Assembly: GCA_033764955.1 (NCBI GenBank)
Contig: JANRIL010000042.1
Location: 1 to 64,000 of the forward strand
DNA: 64,000 nucleotides
DNA from: Cyanobacteriota bacterium
GTDB taxonomy: Bacteria > Cyanobacteriota > Cyanobacteriia > Thermostichales > Thermostichaceae
Reading direction: 5' to 3'
Part shown: positions 9,107 to 18,600 of the stretch, one piece after another
Layout: each line of letters begins with the position of its first letter
Position numbering within the stretch: the first letter of the stretch is position 1
Made by a program: the position numbers and the translations under genes
The notes under the pieces: generated by a model
The model's input: the letters and a program-made list of their open reading frames with translations, nothing else
Database searches by the model: none
What the model was told of the DNA's origin: nothing

Positions 9107-9352
9107 TTAGGGTTGACGGAATCGCTTGAGCCACCAACTCGCCAAGCCGCTCACAATAGCTCCCGCCATCAAAATTCCCAGGGCGGGTTGAAAAAGGGGG
9201 AGCCACAACTGAATCCACAGTTTATAGCCCAACGGGATCCCTAAAAAGGCTCCTGACACCGAAAAGACAAACCAAACAAATCCCCCAAACACCAAAAAGA
9301 TATTGGCAATCAAGAGGCGATCGAGGAGATTCTTGAGAGATTGCAGAGTCAT
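9107..9352 (-). CDS. Small conserved membrane protein (2 TM)
   Basis: Hydrophobic 81-aa ORF with LW.PLFQPALGILMAGA. Confidence 0.65.
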   Translation of the reverse strand: MTLQSLKNLLDRLLIANIFLVFGGFVWFVFSVSGAFLGIPLGYKLWIQLWLPLFQPALGILMAGAIVSGLASWWLKRFRQP

Positions 9353-9449
9353 GGCAGGGTCAACAACGGATGCAAACACTAGCTTAATACAGTTTATTTC
9401 TCCTAACTTTCCTTGTGATGATCTGGGATCCCTGGGAGGGGATATCCCC

Positions 9450-10073
9450 CTAATACTCAATACCGATCTGGGCTTTGATTCCCTGTTCTCGAAAGGGATG
9501 CTTGATCAGCTTCATCTCGGTCACCAGATCCGCCACCTCGATCAAACCCGCCAAGGCTCCACGTCCGGTTAAGATCACATGCTGGTCAGTAGGTTTAACC
9601 TTCAACCCCTGCAAGACGTCATCGAGAGCGAGGTAGCCTAATTTGAGAGCAATGTTAATTTCATCCAGCAAAATCACCCGAAAATCCCCCTCTGTGATCA
9701 GACGATAAGCCTGTTGCCAAGCTGCCTGGGCATGGGCGATATCCCGTTCCCGATCCTGGGTCTCCCAAGTAAAACCCTCTCCCATAGCATGAAATTCTAC
9801 TAATTCTGAGGGCAGGGAACGCAGCAGCTTCGCCTCTCCGGGATCCCAAGCTCCCTTGATAAATTGCACCACTCCCACCCGTAGACCATGCCCCAGCGCC
9901 CGAAAGACCATGCCGAAGGCAGCGCTGCTTTTGCCTTTGCCATCTCCTGTATGAACGATAATCAAACCCTTGTCAGCCTGCATCCCTGCCAAACGGGCTT
10001 GCTGAACCTGCTGACGGCGCTGCATTTTTTGTTTATGGGAGTCAGCCTCAGCAGGGATCCGACTTGCTTCCAC
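9450..10073 (-). CDS. cobO: Cob(I)yrinic acid a,c-diamide adenosyltransferase
   Basis: HTGDGKGKSSAAFG, QFIKG, GEGFTWETQD, LDEIN, LTGRGA, KHPF. Confidence 0.95.
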   Translation of the reverse strand: MEASRIPAEADSHKQKMQRRQQVQQARLAGMQADKGLIIVHTGDGKGKSSAAFGMVFRALGHGLRVGVVQFIKGAWDPGEAKLLRSLPSELVEFHAMGEGFTWETQDRERDIAHAQAAWQQAYRLITEGDFRVILLDEINIALKLGYLALDDVLQGLKVKPTDQHVILTGRGALAGLIEVADLVTEMKLIKHPFREQGIKAQIGIEY

Positions 10074-10220
10074 GACTTTACTCCAGCTAGATAATCTTCC
10101 CCATCCTAATCGGAAAACTGCTGAAAAATCCTCGACTCTTGCACGGTATGATCAGGCTTTAGTTTGAAATCATTGCCCTTGTTTTTGTCTCAAGTCCTAA
10201 TTTTTTAAGCATGGAATGTC

Positions 10221-10490
10221 ATGGATAGTAATTTATTTTGGGTTCTGGTGGGAACGGGAGCTCTCTCCTTCCTTACCCTTGTCTATGTGGTGCTCGATGA
10301 GTCCGGCAAAAAACGTCGTTATGACCAACAAAAAGCTCAACAACCCTCTCCATCGCCCGATTTGGCTGAGACCGTGAGGGCAGCAGAAGCACAAGAAGCG
10401 CCACTATCCCCCCCCTCACCAGACTCACCTGAACCGATTGCGCCCTCTCCCGAGGGGGCAGCCTCGCAGCCTGAGCAAACCGCTAGCTAA
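10221..10490 (+). CDS. Small membrane-anchored hypothetical protein with Pro/Glu-rich tail
   Basis: N-terminal TM helix followed by a disordered tail; fits between flanking genes. Confidence 0.6.
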   Translation: MDSNLFWVLVGTGALSFLTLVYVVLDESGKKRRYDQQKAQQPSPSPDLAETVRAAEAQEAPLSPPSPDSPEPIAPSPEGAASQPEQTAS

Positions 10491-10556
10491 CCCCTTGGGT
10501 GAAAGCGCTTAGCTATCTGGCTAATTCTGCTTAGCTATCCCAATAAACCAAGCAGG

Positions 10557-10802
10557 CTAGCGACGGGGTTTGGCTTGATCCAACCGTAAAGGACGCCCCA
10601 TAAAATCAGCCCCGTTAGCTTTGCTAATGGCTTCTTCCTCTTGAGCTTCCGTTGCCAATTCCACAAAGGCAAACCCACGTGCCTGTCCAGTTTCCCGATC
10701 GGTAGGGATAGTGACGGATTTAACTTCCCAATTTTCTCGGAAGAATGCCGTTAGCTCTTCTTGAGAAGCTTTGTAGTTAAGATTGCCAACAAAAATGGTC
10801 AT
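10557..10802 (-). CDS. RRM RNA-binding protein (Rbp family, no Gly-rich tail)
   Basis: MTIFVGNL (RNP2), DRETGQARGFAFVE (RNP1), GRPLRL..AKPR; ATG at 10802. Confidence 0.92.
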   Translation of the reverse strand: MTIFVGNLNYKASQEELTAFFRENWEVKSVTIPTDRETGQARGFAFVELATEAQEEEAISKANGADFMGRPLRLDQAKPRR

Positions 10803-11013
10803 AAGCAACTCATAAGGCAGCAAGTCGATTGAAAAAAGAAGATAGTAATCACTCATCAAACAACAGAGCAAACTGAACAGAAAGTTGATTTCTGAAATTT
10901 TCCTATTATTAACATGGAGGCTGACACCACAGAGAAAAATCACGGGATGTAAAGTTACAAAAGCACAGCAGCAAAGGGTTAGAATAGCAACCAAATCCTT
11001 ACGGTTTGTTGCC

Positions 11014-11625
11014 ATGTCCGGCAAATTTTTTCAAAAAGTAGCAGAGGACGATCCCAATCATGGCCGGATCCCACCGGGTCAATACCTGACGAAAGGATTT
11101 CCGGTGCTGACCTATGGGTCAACTCCCCATCTGACTCTTGATCGCTGGCAGTTGCGAGTGTGGGGGGAGATTGAGGGCGGAGAACGGGTTTTGAGCTGGG
11201 ATGACCTGATGGCCTTGCCGCCACAAACCTTTACGGCAGATTTTCACTGCGTCACCCGTTGGTCAAAATTGGATGTCACCTGGACAGGGGTAGCTATCAC
11301 CGATCTGCTGAGCAGCATCCCCCTCACCTCCAAAGCCAAGGCGGTTATGCAGCACTGCGAGGGGGGATATACCACCAATCTGCTGCTTGATGAATTTATC
11401 CGTCCCGATAATTATTTGGTTTATCAACTGGCTGGGGATCCCATTCCTCCTGATCATGGCGGGCCTGTGCGTTCATTAGTGCCCCATCTCTACGCCTGGA
11501 AAAGCGCCAAATGGCTAACAGGTTTGGAGGTTTTAAGCACCGATCAACCGGGCTTTTGGGAGCGCAATGGCTATCACATGCGCGGTGAACCCTGGGCGGA
11601 AGAACGCTACAGCAGTGGCTATTAA
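11014..11625 (+). CDS. Sulfite oxidase-like molybdopterin oxidoreductase (no Tat signal)
   Basis: RIPPGQ, DFHCVTRWS, YTTNL, HGGPVR, YAWKSAKW, GFWERNGYH. Confidence 0.9.
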   Translation: MSGKFFQKVAEDDPNHGRIPPGQYLTKGFPVLTYGSTPHLTLDRWQLRVWGEIEGGERVLSWDDLMALPPQTFTADFHCVTRWSKLDVTWTGVAITDLLSSIPLTSKAKAVMQHCEGGYTTNLLLDEFIRPDNYLVYQLAGDPIPPDHGGPVRSLVPHLYAWKSAKWLTGLEVLSTDQPGFWERNGYHMRGEPWAEERYSSGY

Positions 11626-11626
11626 G

Positions 11627-12862
11627 TTAGGCAAGTTTGACCTGACTGACGATCAGCTCATCGAGTTTGACCGCTTCCCACTCGTGAGCGGCGATAGCTA
11701 GCCCATCGTGATAGCAGATCCGCAAATTACTCAACATCCAGGGATCCCTGATTGCTGTCGGATGCCGTTGCCAGTCGGGGGGGTTTTTGTGATCCGGCCA
11801 GAGTTTTTGATAGAGGCAAGCGGAGGTAGGATCCATCCATAGTTGCACGGTATGCCATCCTGCTTGCTGTGGAGTAGGCAGATGCCAAACAATGGGATCG
11901 TCATCGGGATCCTTCAACCAGAGAATGAGGGTCAGCGTACCCCGCGGGGGGATCCAAGCATGAAGACGGATCCACACCTCTCCGGTAATGCCGAGGCGTT
12001 GGGTATATTCTCCCCAGCCAGAAATCTGCAAAGCAGGATGGCTTCCGGTTTCCCAGGTCACCCCCCCTCTAAAAATACCGAGCAGAGAGAATGAGTTTCT
12101 GGACTGATCAAAATAGTCTACCGCTACGGGCAGACGATGCCCCCGCACCCCCGCCTGTTGCCAAGCTGCCCTAGGGATCCCTTTGCATTGTCCGGCTTCT
12201 ATCACCTGGCAGGTCATCAAGTCCTGATAATAGGGCAACCATCCCGCCGTAGCCGACCGAATATAGCCATGCCGATCCGCCCCATCCGCATCTCCATCCG
12301 GTAACAGGCACCCTTGCCCCGCATAGTGAGCCGCTACCCCATGCAACCATTCGTGTAACCAGGGTTCCCCCACCGTCGGCATTTCCCACCAGGCCTCTGG
12401 CCCATTGGCAACCGTGGCATAGGTAGCTCCCCCCGTCCAGTCACAGGCACCAATGGCTAATCCCCAGCCTCCCGAAGGGATCCCTTCTCCCGTCCTCAAG
12501 TTGGATTGCGGCCACAGGACAAACACCGAATCGTAGTGATGTTTGTTGCCATAGCGATGCCATTCGGGGCGGACATCATCCGGGGAGATCCAATATCTTC
12601 CGGATCCCATTGAGGTAAGAGACGTCAAGGGACGATCACAATAGATGACATCCGCAACCACATGGGCATCACCCTGTGAAGCCTGCCAAGCCAACCTCGG
12701 CAATCGTCGAAAGGTCTGGGTCGCTTTGTCAATCTCCCCCTGCGCCAAGCGATGTCGAAAATGCTGCCGCTTTCCTGCCTCCGTCCGGTAACTGACATCG
12801 ATCGCGCCATAAGCCAAATACAAAGCACGCCAAATCGGTCGTGCAGGCAAATCGGATCCCAT
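11627..12862 (-). CDS. Hypothetical protein with zincin-like HEXXH motif
   Basis: WLHEWLHGV and an upstream GWGL motif; 411-aa ORF. Confidence 0.6.
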   Translation of the reverse strand: MGSDLPARPIWRALYLAYGAIDVSYRTEAGKRQHFRHRLAQGEIDKATQTFRRLPRLAWQASQGDAHVVADVIYCDRPLTSLTSMGSGRYWISPDDVRPEWHRYGNKHHYDSVFVLWPQSNLRTGEGIPSGGWGLAIGACDWTGGATYATVANGPEAWWEMPTVGEPWLHEWLHGVAAHYAGQGCLLPDGDADGADRHGYIRSATAGWLPYYQDLMTCQVIEAGQCKGIPRAAWQQAGVRGHRLPVAVDYFDQSRNSFSLLGIFRGGVTWETGSHPALQISGWGEYTQRLGITGEVWIRLHAWIPPRGTLTLILWLKDPDDDPIVWHLPTPQQAGWHTVQLWMDPTSACLYQKLWPDHKNPPDWQRHPTAIRDPWMLSNLRICYHDGLAIAAHEWEAVKLDELIVSQVKLA

Positions 12863-12941
12863 AATTTTTCCTCTAATGGGGTAAAAGCAAATCCCTCACC
12901 GTTCATGAACCATTCATGGCAGATCCGAGAGACGGCAACCC

Positions 12942-14903
12942 CTAGGAGGGGCGGCGACCCACCACCGGTAAAGGACTGCTCAAGGATCCCGTCTCGGTGG
13001 ACCAGACCCGTCGTAACTGTGGGCTGGCCGCCTCAATCACCCAGAGGATCCCCTCCGGCTGCCACCAAAGGGCTGAAGGAGAGTCAAATTGCGCTTGGGA
13101 TGCCAAGCCATCCCGTTGTCCGGGTTGTGTGGTTCCTGCCAAGGTGGTAACTTGTCCGCTTGGATCAAGCTGCCGAATTTGGTGGTTATCTCGATCCGCG
13201 ATCAGCAAATTGCCCTGAGTGTCCAAGCTCAAGCCAGTTGGGTGATCCAATAGGGCAACAGAACCCTCCCCATCTATCGAGCCTGGGGTATCTCCAGCCA
13301 GGGTGATCACTTCTCCAGAGGGGGTGATCTGACGAATCCGATGATTGCCTTGATCCGCCACCCAAAGGGATTGATCCGGAGCCAGCACCAGATCCGTAGG
13401 GCGATCAAATTGAGCCTCTTTTCCCTCTCCATCCCGCCAGCCCGCTTCCCCCGTGCCTGCCCAGGTGGAAACTTCTCCGGCAGGGCTAATCTGGCGAATG
13501 CGATGGTTGCCTTGATCCGCCACGTAGAGGGTGCCATCCTCCCCATGGGTCAGAGCCACGGGATCCCGAAAACGGGCACTCCGCCCCCAGCCATCTTGCC
13601 AGCCTGCTTGTCCGGATCCCGCCCATGTGCTGACCTGTCGATCGGTGGTGATGCGGCGAATCCGATGATTGCCCCGATCCGCCACCCACAATATCCCTTC
13701 GTTGTCCAGGAACAAATCACTAGGGGAAGAAAATTGAGCCTCACTACCATTCCCATCCCGCCATCCTGCTTCGCCGGATCCCGCCCAAACCGTCAGGTCT
13801 CCAGCAACCGTCAGTCGGAAAATCTGATGCTGATCCGCATCGGCAATGAAGAGATTACCCGTTGCATCCCCAACCACAGCGCTTGGGTTTTGTAGTTGGG
13901 GTTGTTGAGGATCGGTGGGTAAAGTCAGGGTTTGCACCCGCCACTCTCGGCTGGGCTGGCTAGCCGGAGCAGGGCTAGAAGTGGGGGTAGGGATCCCAGG
14001 CCAGTTTAGGAAAAGTCGCCCCAGACCGATCCCCTGCTCATTCACAGCCAACAGGGAGATCTCCCCGCTTAACCCCGTCGGAGTTGCAATAGTAAGGCGG
14101 GTGGGAGTTTGATTGAGAATCGTTGCGCTCGCCGGGGGATCCCCAGAGCTAGCCAGCCGTACAGCGGTCACCTGATCCAAGTTTTGCCCCACCAGATCCC
14201 AAGCTTCTGAAGCCACCAAAGGAATCTCACCGCGACCAGCCAGCAGGGGGAGGGACTCGACTCCAATCGTTAGCCCCTGCAAAAGGGGAACATTGACCTC
14301 AGCAAGAACGAGGGGCAGCCAACGGTTGGAGGAAGTAGCATTGGTCTCACCCAAAGTTAGGGAAAGTTCTCCCGTGGCAAGGGTGTCAATCCCCACAAAG
14401 GCGGTTGCTGTCAGAATCGCCTCACCCTGGGGGGGATTAGCAAAGGTAAAGAGAGCCGACTGACCTGGGCGGAGTAGGGCACTGGCCGTTTGTCGATAAC
14501 TGCCCACCGCCAAGCTTAAATCAATGCCTTCAACTCCGGTTCCGAGGGTATCGGCCAGCCAGCGAGCCACCTCCGCCTCCGGCATCTGTGCCACAAGATC
14601 GGATCCCTGTTGCTCAACTAGGATCACCATTTGGTCATCAGGAATGTTGAGGCTTGCCCGCTGTTGCGACGTCAACACCCAAGGGGTCTCTAGAGCCAGA
14701 GGGGAGGCTAACGGAGTAGAGGTGGCGGTTACCACATCCAATTCCGGAGGGATAGGGAGAGATCCGGTAGCGGTAGGCAAACTCCCACAGGCAGTCAACA
14801 TCCCTAGCAAAGCCCCGCCAACGAGGCAGGATCCCCATTCCCGACTGGGCAAACGCCAACCGGCATCCCTGCCTGAGATCACCTGCTTTGACCACCGTTT
14901 CAT
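12942..14903 (-). CDS. NHL-repeat beta-propeller lipoprotein with IPT/TIG-like domain
   Basis: Lipobox LTAC; about six repeats of F..P..L.....G.L.VAD.GNHRIR.I...G.V.T.AG.G..G..DG. Start uncertain (14903 or 14951). Confidence 0.85.
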   Translation of the reverse strand: MKRWSKQVISGRDAGWRLPSREWGSCLVGGALLGMLTACGSLPTATGSLPIPPELDVVTATSTPLASPLALETPWVLTSQQRASLNIPDDQMVILVEQQGSDLVAQMPEAEVARWLADTLGTGVEGIDLSLAVGSYRQTASALLRPGQSALFTFANPPQGEAILTATAFVGIDTLATGELSLTLGETNATSSNRWLPLVLAEVNVPLLQGLTIGVESLPLLAGRGEIPLVASEAWDLVGQNLDQVTAVRLASSGDPPASATILNQTPTRLTIATPTGLSGEISLLAVNEQGIGLGRLFLNWPGIPTPTSSPAPASQPSREWRVQTLTLPTDPQQPQLQNPSAVVGDATGNLFIADADQHQIFRLTVAGDLTVWAGSGEAGWRDGNGSEAQFSSPSDLFLDNEGILWVADRGNHRIRRITTDRQVSTWAGSGQAGWQDGWGRSARFRDPVALTHGEDGTLYVADQGNHRIRQISPAGEVSTWAGTGEAGWRDGEGKEAQFDRPTDLVLAPDQSLWVADQGNHRIRQITPSGEVITLAGDTPGSIDGEGSVALLDHPTGLSLDTQGNLLIADRDNHQIRQLDPSGQVTTLAGTTQPGQRDGLASQAQFDSPSALWWQPEGILWVIEAASPQLRRVWSTETGSLSSPLPVVGRRPS

Positions 14904-15225
14904 GGCTGTAGGGGTTGAAGTGCCGATTGCTGGGGAGACGGCAGCCTCCATCTTAGTTTTAGTCTGCCCCAAAAACTGTCGAACTGAGGTAAAAAATTGC
15001 TCAGATCCCCCTTCTCAAGCCGGGATCCCCCCATTTCTCGAACTCTTATCCTATCCGTCCAACCGTGACGGATCCCCCCCTGACACCGGCTAGGCATTGC
15101 CCCTCTCTCACCTCTGGGTGAGCCTGACTCCTCACCCCTTTATCCTGACCTGATTTTGAGCAAAAGACTAGCCCAGTTAGCTTGAGATGGTCGGCCTAGG
15201 TTTGCGAAAGAAGGAGCCTAACTCA

Positions 15226-15257
15226 CAAAGGATCCCTCAGTAGTGAGGGATCCTTTG
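15226..15257. terminator. Perfect 14-bp inverted repeat downstream of psbI
   Basis: CAAAGGATCCCTCA-gtag-TGAGGGATCCTTTG. Confidence 0.6.
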
Positions 15258-15313
15258 GTGCTAGCTAAAAATGCAAAAAGGTTCTGATCAAGCCCCCCAC
15301 GGCAGCCTAGGAA

Positions 15314-15430
15314 TTACTCCATGTCCCGCCGATTGGGATTGCGAGAAGGATCGTTACTCAAAAAGCCAAAAACGAACAAACAAACAAAAAAGATCACCAC
15401 TGCGTAAACAGAGATTTTGAGTATCAGCAT
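15314..15430 (-). CDS. psbI: Photosystem II reaction centre protein I
   Basis: Translated by hand: [38 protein letters not shown] (38 aa, [11 protein letters not shown] signature). Below the ORF-track cutoff. Confidence 0.95.
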   Translation of the reverse strand: MLILKISVYAVVIFFVCLFVFGFLSNDPSRNPNRRDME

Positions 15431-15697
15431 AGTAAACGGCCTATTGCAGAGAGTAATAGAGCTAACCCACAAGCCAAATCAACCTATGGGTGGATTGGAG
15501 AAGTTAAGCTACGTTAAGCTTACTCATCTTTTATCCTACCGTGAAGTGAGAACGGATCCCTGCGGGATTTCTGGATCTAGGCCAATTCACCCTCTAGCTT
15601 ATTCGACCCCATCCTTACTCCTCTTAGGAACAAGGGGTAAGGAGGAGAACAATGGATTCTGTGGGATCCGTAATATTGGATCCCTAATTCGGGTGGA

Positions 15698-18600
15698 TTA
15701 GGCTGTCACCAGCAGCTTTTCTCCCTGCAACATGCGCGCCGCCGCACTCAGGAGTTCCTCCTCCAAATACGGCTTGGTAAAGTAAGCCGTTGCTCCCAAC
15801 TCACGGGCAGTTTGGCGATGTCGCTCGGCTCCACGTGAGGTGAGCATCGCCATCGGCAGATGACGCAGATTCGCATCATCCCGCACCCGCGACAGCAATT
15901 CTAGGCCATCCATACGGGGCATTTCGATATCGCAGAAGATGACATCGCAAGGTAAGCCACCCCGCAGTTTTTCCCAAGCATCCTGACCGTCTCTGGCTTG
16001 CTCGACGCGGTAGCCAACTTTGTTGAAGGTCATCGATAACAACTCCCGCACCGTGATCGAGTCGTCGATGATTAGAACGGTGGTTTGACGCTCCACCTCC
16101 GGTTCCGGCGTTTGATCGGCAGGAGTCCAAGAGCCAAAGCGACGGGTGCGCCCCTGCGCCATATCCACCAACTCGATGATGTCGGCAATCGGTAAGACTC
16201 GCCCATTCCCCAAAACCGTCGCTCCCGCAATGCCCGGTGGCTTAGGAGCGGGTCCGCGCAGTTGCTTAATCACGATTTCCTGCTCTTCAACAAAGCTATC
16301 CACTTGCAGAGCAATGTATTGTCCGGCGCTTTGTAGGATGACAACCGGGACAATCCCTTCGTCTTGGGAGATAGCATAGACCTCGGTACGGCTGCGACTG
16401 TGGCTGCGGCTATAGGCCAATAGATCGGAGAGGGGTTGATAATGGAGGCGCTGATCCCGCCAGGGAATGGAAGGTCGTCCTTTCTCATCCGGTTGAATTT
16501 CATCCACTGGGATATCGAGCATTTCTTCCACACCATCTAGGGGGAAAGCCACCAAGGCTTTGTTGCTGACGCAAACCATTGCCTTAGAGATGCTGAGGGT
16601 GAGGGGCAAGCGAATAGTGAAGGTGGTGCCTCGGTTGGGAATCGAATCCACCTGAATGCTGCCCCGCAATTCGTTGATGTTGCGACGAACTACATCGAGA
16701 CCAACGCCTCGTCCGGCCAGATCATCCACTTCCTCTTCGCTACGACCGCTAAAGCCGGGGTTAAACAAAATGTTGAAGACTTCATCATCATCAGCGCTCT
16801 CCGTCAATAACCCTAACTTCATGGCTTTGGCTTTAACCTTGGGCACGTTCACTCCAGCTCCGTCATCAGCAACCACAATGATGGTTTGGTTCCCTTGATA
16901 GAAGGCTTTAATGGTGATTTTTCCCTCAGCCGATTTGCCAGACCGTCGTCGCTCATCGGGGGGTTCAATGCCATGCACAAGAGCATTGTTGACCAGGTGA
17001 GTCATCGGGTCATACAGTTCCTCCAAAATCGCCTTGTCAATCAGGGTGTCGCGCCCTTCTACGATCAGGCTGGTTTGCTTGCCCGTTTTGATGGAGAGAT
17101 CCCGAATGGCGCGGGGAAGACGATCCGCAATCTGGGAGAAGGGCACCATGCGAGCCCGGTTGAGACCCTCTTGTAACTGGGTGGTGACTTGGCGAAACTG
17201 GCGGGTAATTTGCTCAGCTTCATCAACCGCAAACTCAATATCTGAAGAAGACTCACGCACCCGCACAATCAATTCGATGATCTCTTGGGAGAGGGCATGG
17301 AAGCCCGTGAAGCGATCCATCTCCAGAGAGTCAAAGCTTTGTCCTGAGCCATAGTTCCCTCCTTTGGTGGAGGTCGCCGCCAGGACTACTCCGGCGCGAC
17401 TGGGTTCTCCTCTTGAGGCCATCAACGCGGTTTCCAAGAGGGTACGGTCGTATTGATCCTGCATCCGTTGTCCGAGATCGGCTAACTGTTGCACCCGTGA
17501 GAGCAAACCATCCAAAAATTGGCGTAACCGCACTTGGTTTTGCTCCATACTGTTGCGGTTGACCACCAGTTCCCCCACCAGGTTGTTGATGGAGTCGAGG
17601 TGGCGCACTTCCACCCGCATGGTTGGGGCGGTAATGGGGCCGCCAGCCCGACGGGCCGGAGCCGCTTTGCTCGTTTCGGGAGGGGCAGTACGAATGGTGG
17701 CGGCTGCACGGGGGGCAGGAGCAAGGGGGGCAGCAGCGGGAGGGATCCCGGCCTCCATATCCCCCAAGATGGAGTCCAGTTCATCCTCAAAGTTAGTGGT
17801 GGCTGCCGCAGTGGGTAAGGGGGTGGAGGCATCTGCCCCTTCATCGAAAAGGGCAGCCAGATCTTCGAGCAGGGGAGTGGTGTTGGGAGTCGTGGGATCC
17901 TCTGGCAGATCGTTAAGCAGGGAGTCCAAATCAGCCTCAAAATCTCCTGGGTCTGCCGAGCCGGGGGGAGCGGCGGATGGAACCAGCAGATCGTCCATAA
18001 ATAGGGAGGAAAGTTCATCCTCAAAGGAGGTCTCACGCTGGCTAGAGGGGGCGGAGGTTGCTTCTTCCTCGAAGAGAGACTCCAGTGCCGTCTCGAAAGA
18101 TTCCTCGCTGGCGGGAGGTAGGGACTGATCGGCAAAGAGAGCATCCAGATCTGCTGGCAACTCCTCTTGAGAAGCTTGAGGCGCAGGGGGAACGGATTCA
18201 GTCTCAAAGAACTGGCTCAGCTCATCGAGATCCACCTGTCCATCGCCATCCGCATCCATAGAGGCGGGAACCGCTACGGCATCCAGCGCCATCGCTTCCA
18301 CCTCTGAGGCTTCCGCAAAAAGGGATCCCAGGCTGTCGAAGGCTTCGTTAGGTGCAACAGAGTCATCGACAAGCGAGGGCGGGATTGCTTCTGATCCTTC
18401 TGGCAACTCCGATAGGGGGGCTATCGCATCGCCAAATAAATTATCCACACTTAAATCAAGCTCATTAGAAGAAGAGGATGGGTAGAATGGCTCCTCCAAT
18501 GGGTCTAATTGGGCAGGGATCCCATCCACCTCTTGGAAAGGGGCAACATCCTCAAACAGTCCATCTAAGCTAAGGTCGGCCTCTGGGGGAGCAGCAGGAT

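Noticed and set aside
13100..13900. Periodic nucleotide repeats resembling a CRISPR or tandem array
   Set aside because: They are in-frame NHL protein repeats with degenerate DNA identity
15417..15701. 94-aa plus-strand ORF
   Set aside because: Overlaps the psbI start and promoter; no coding signal
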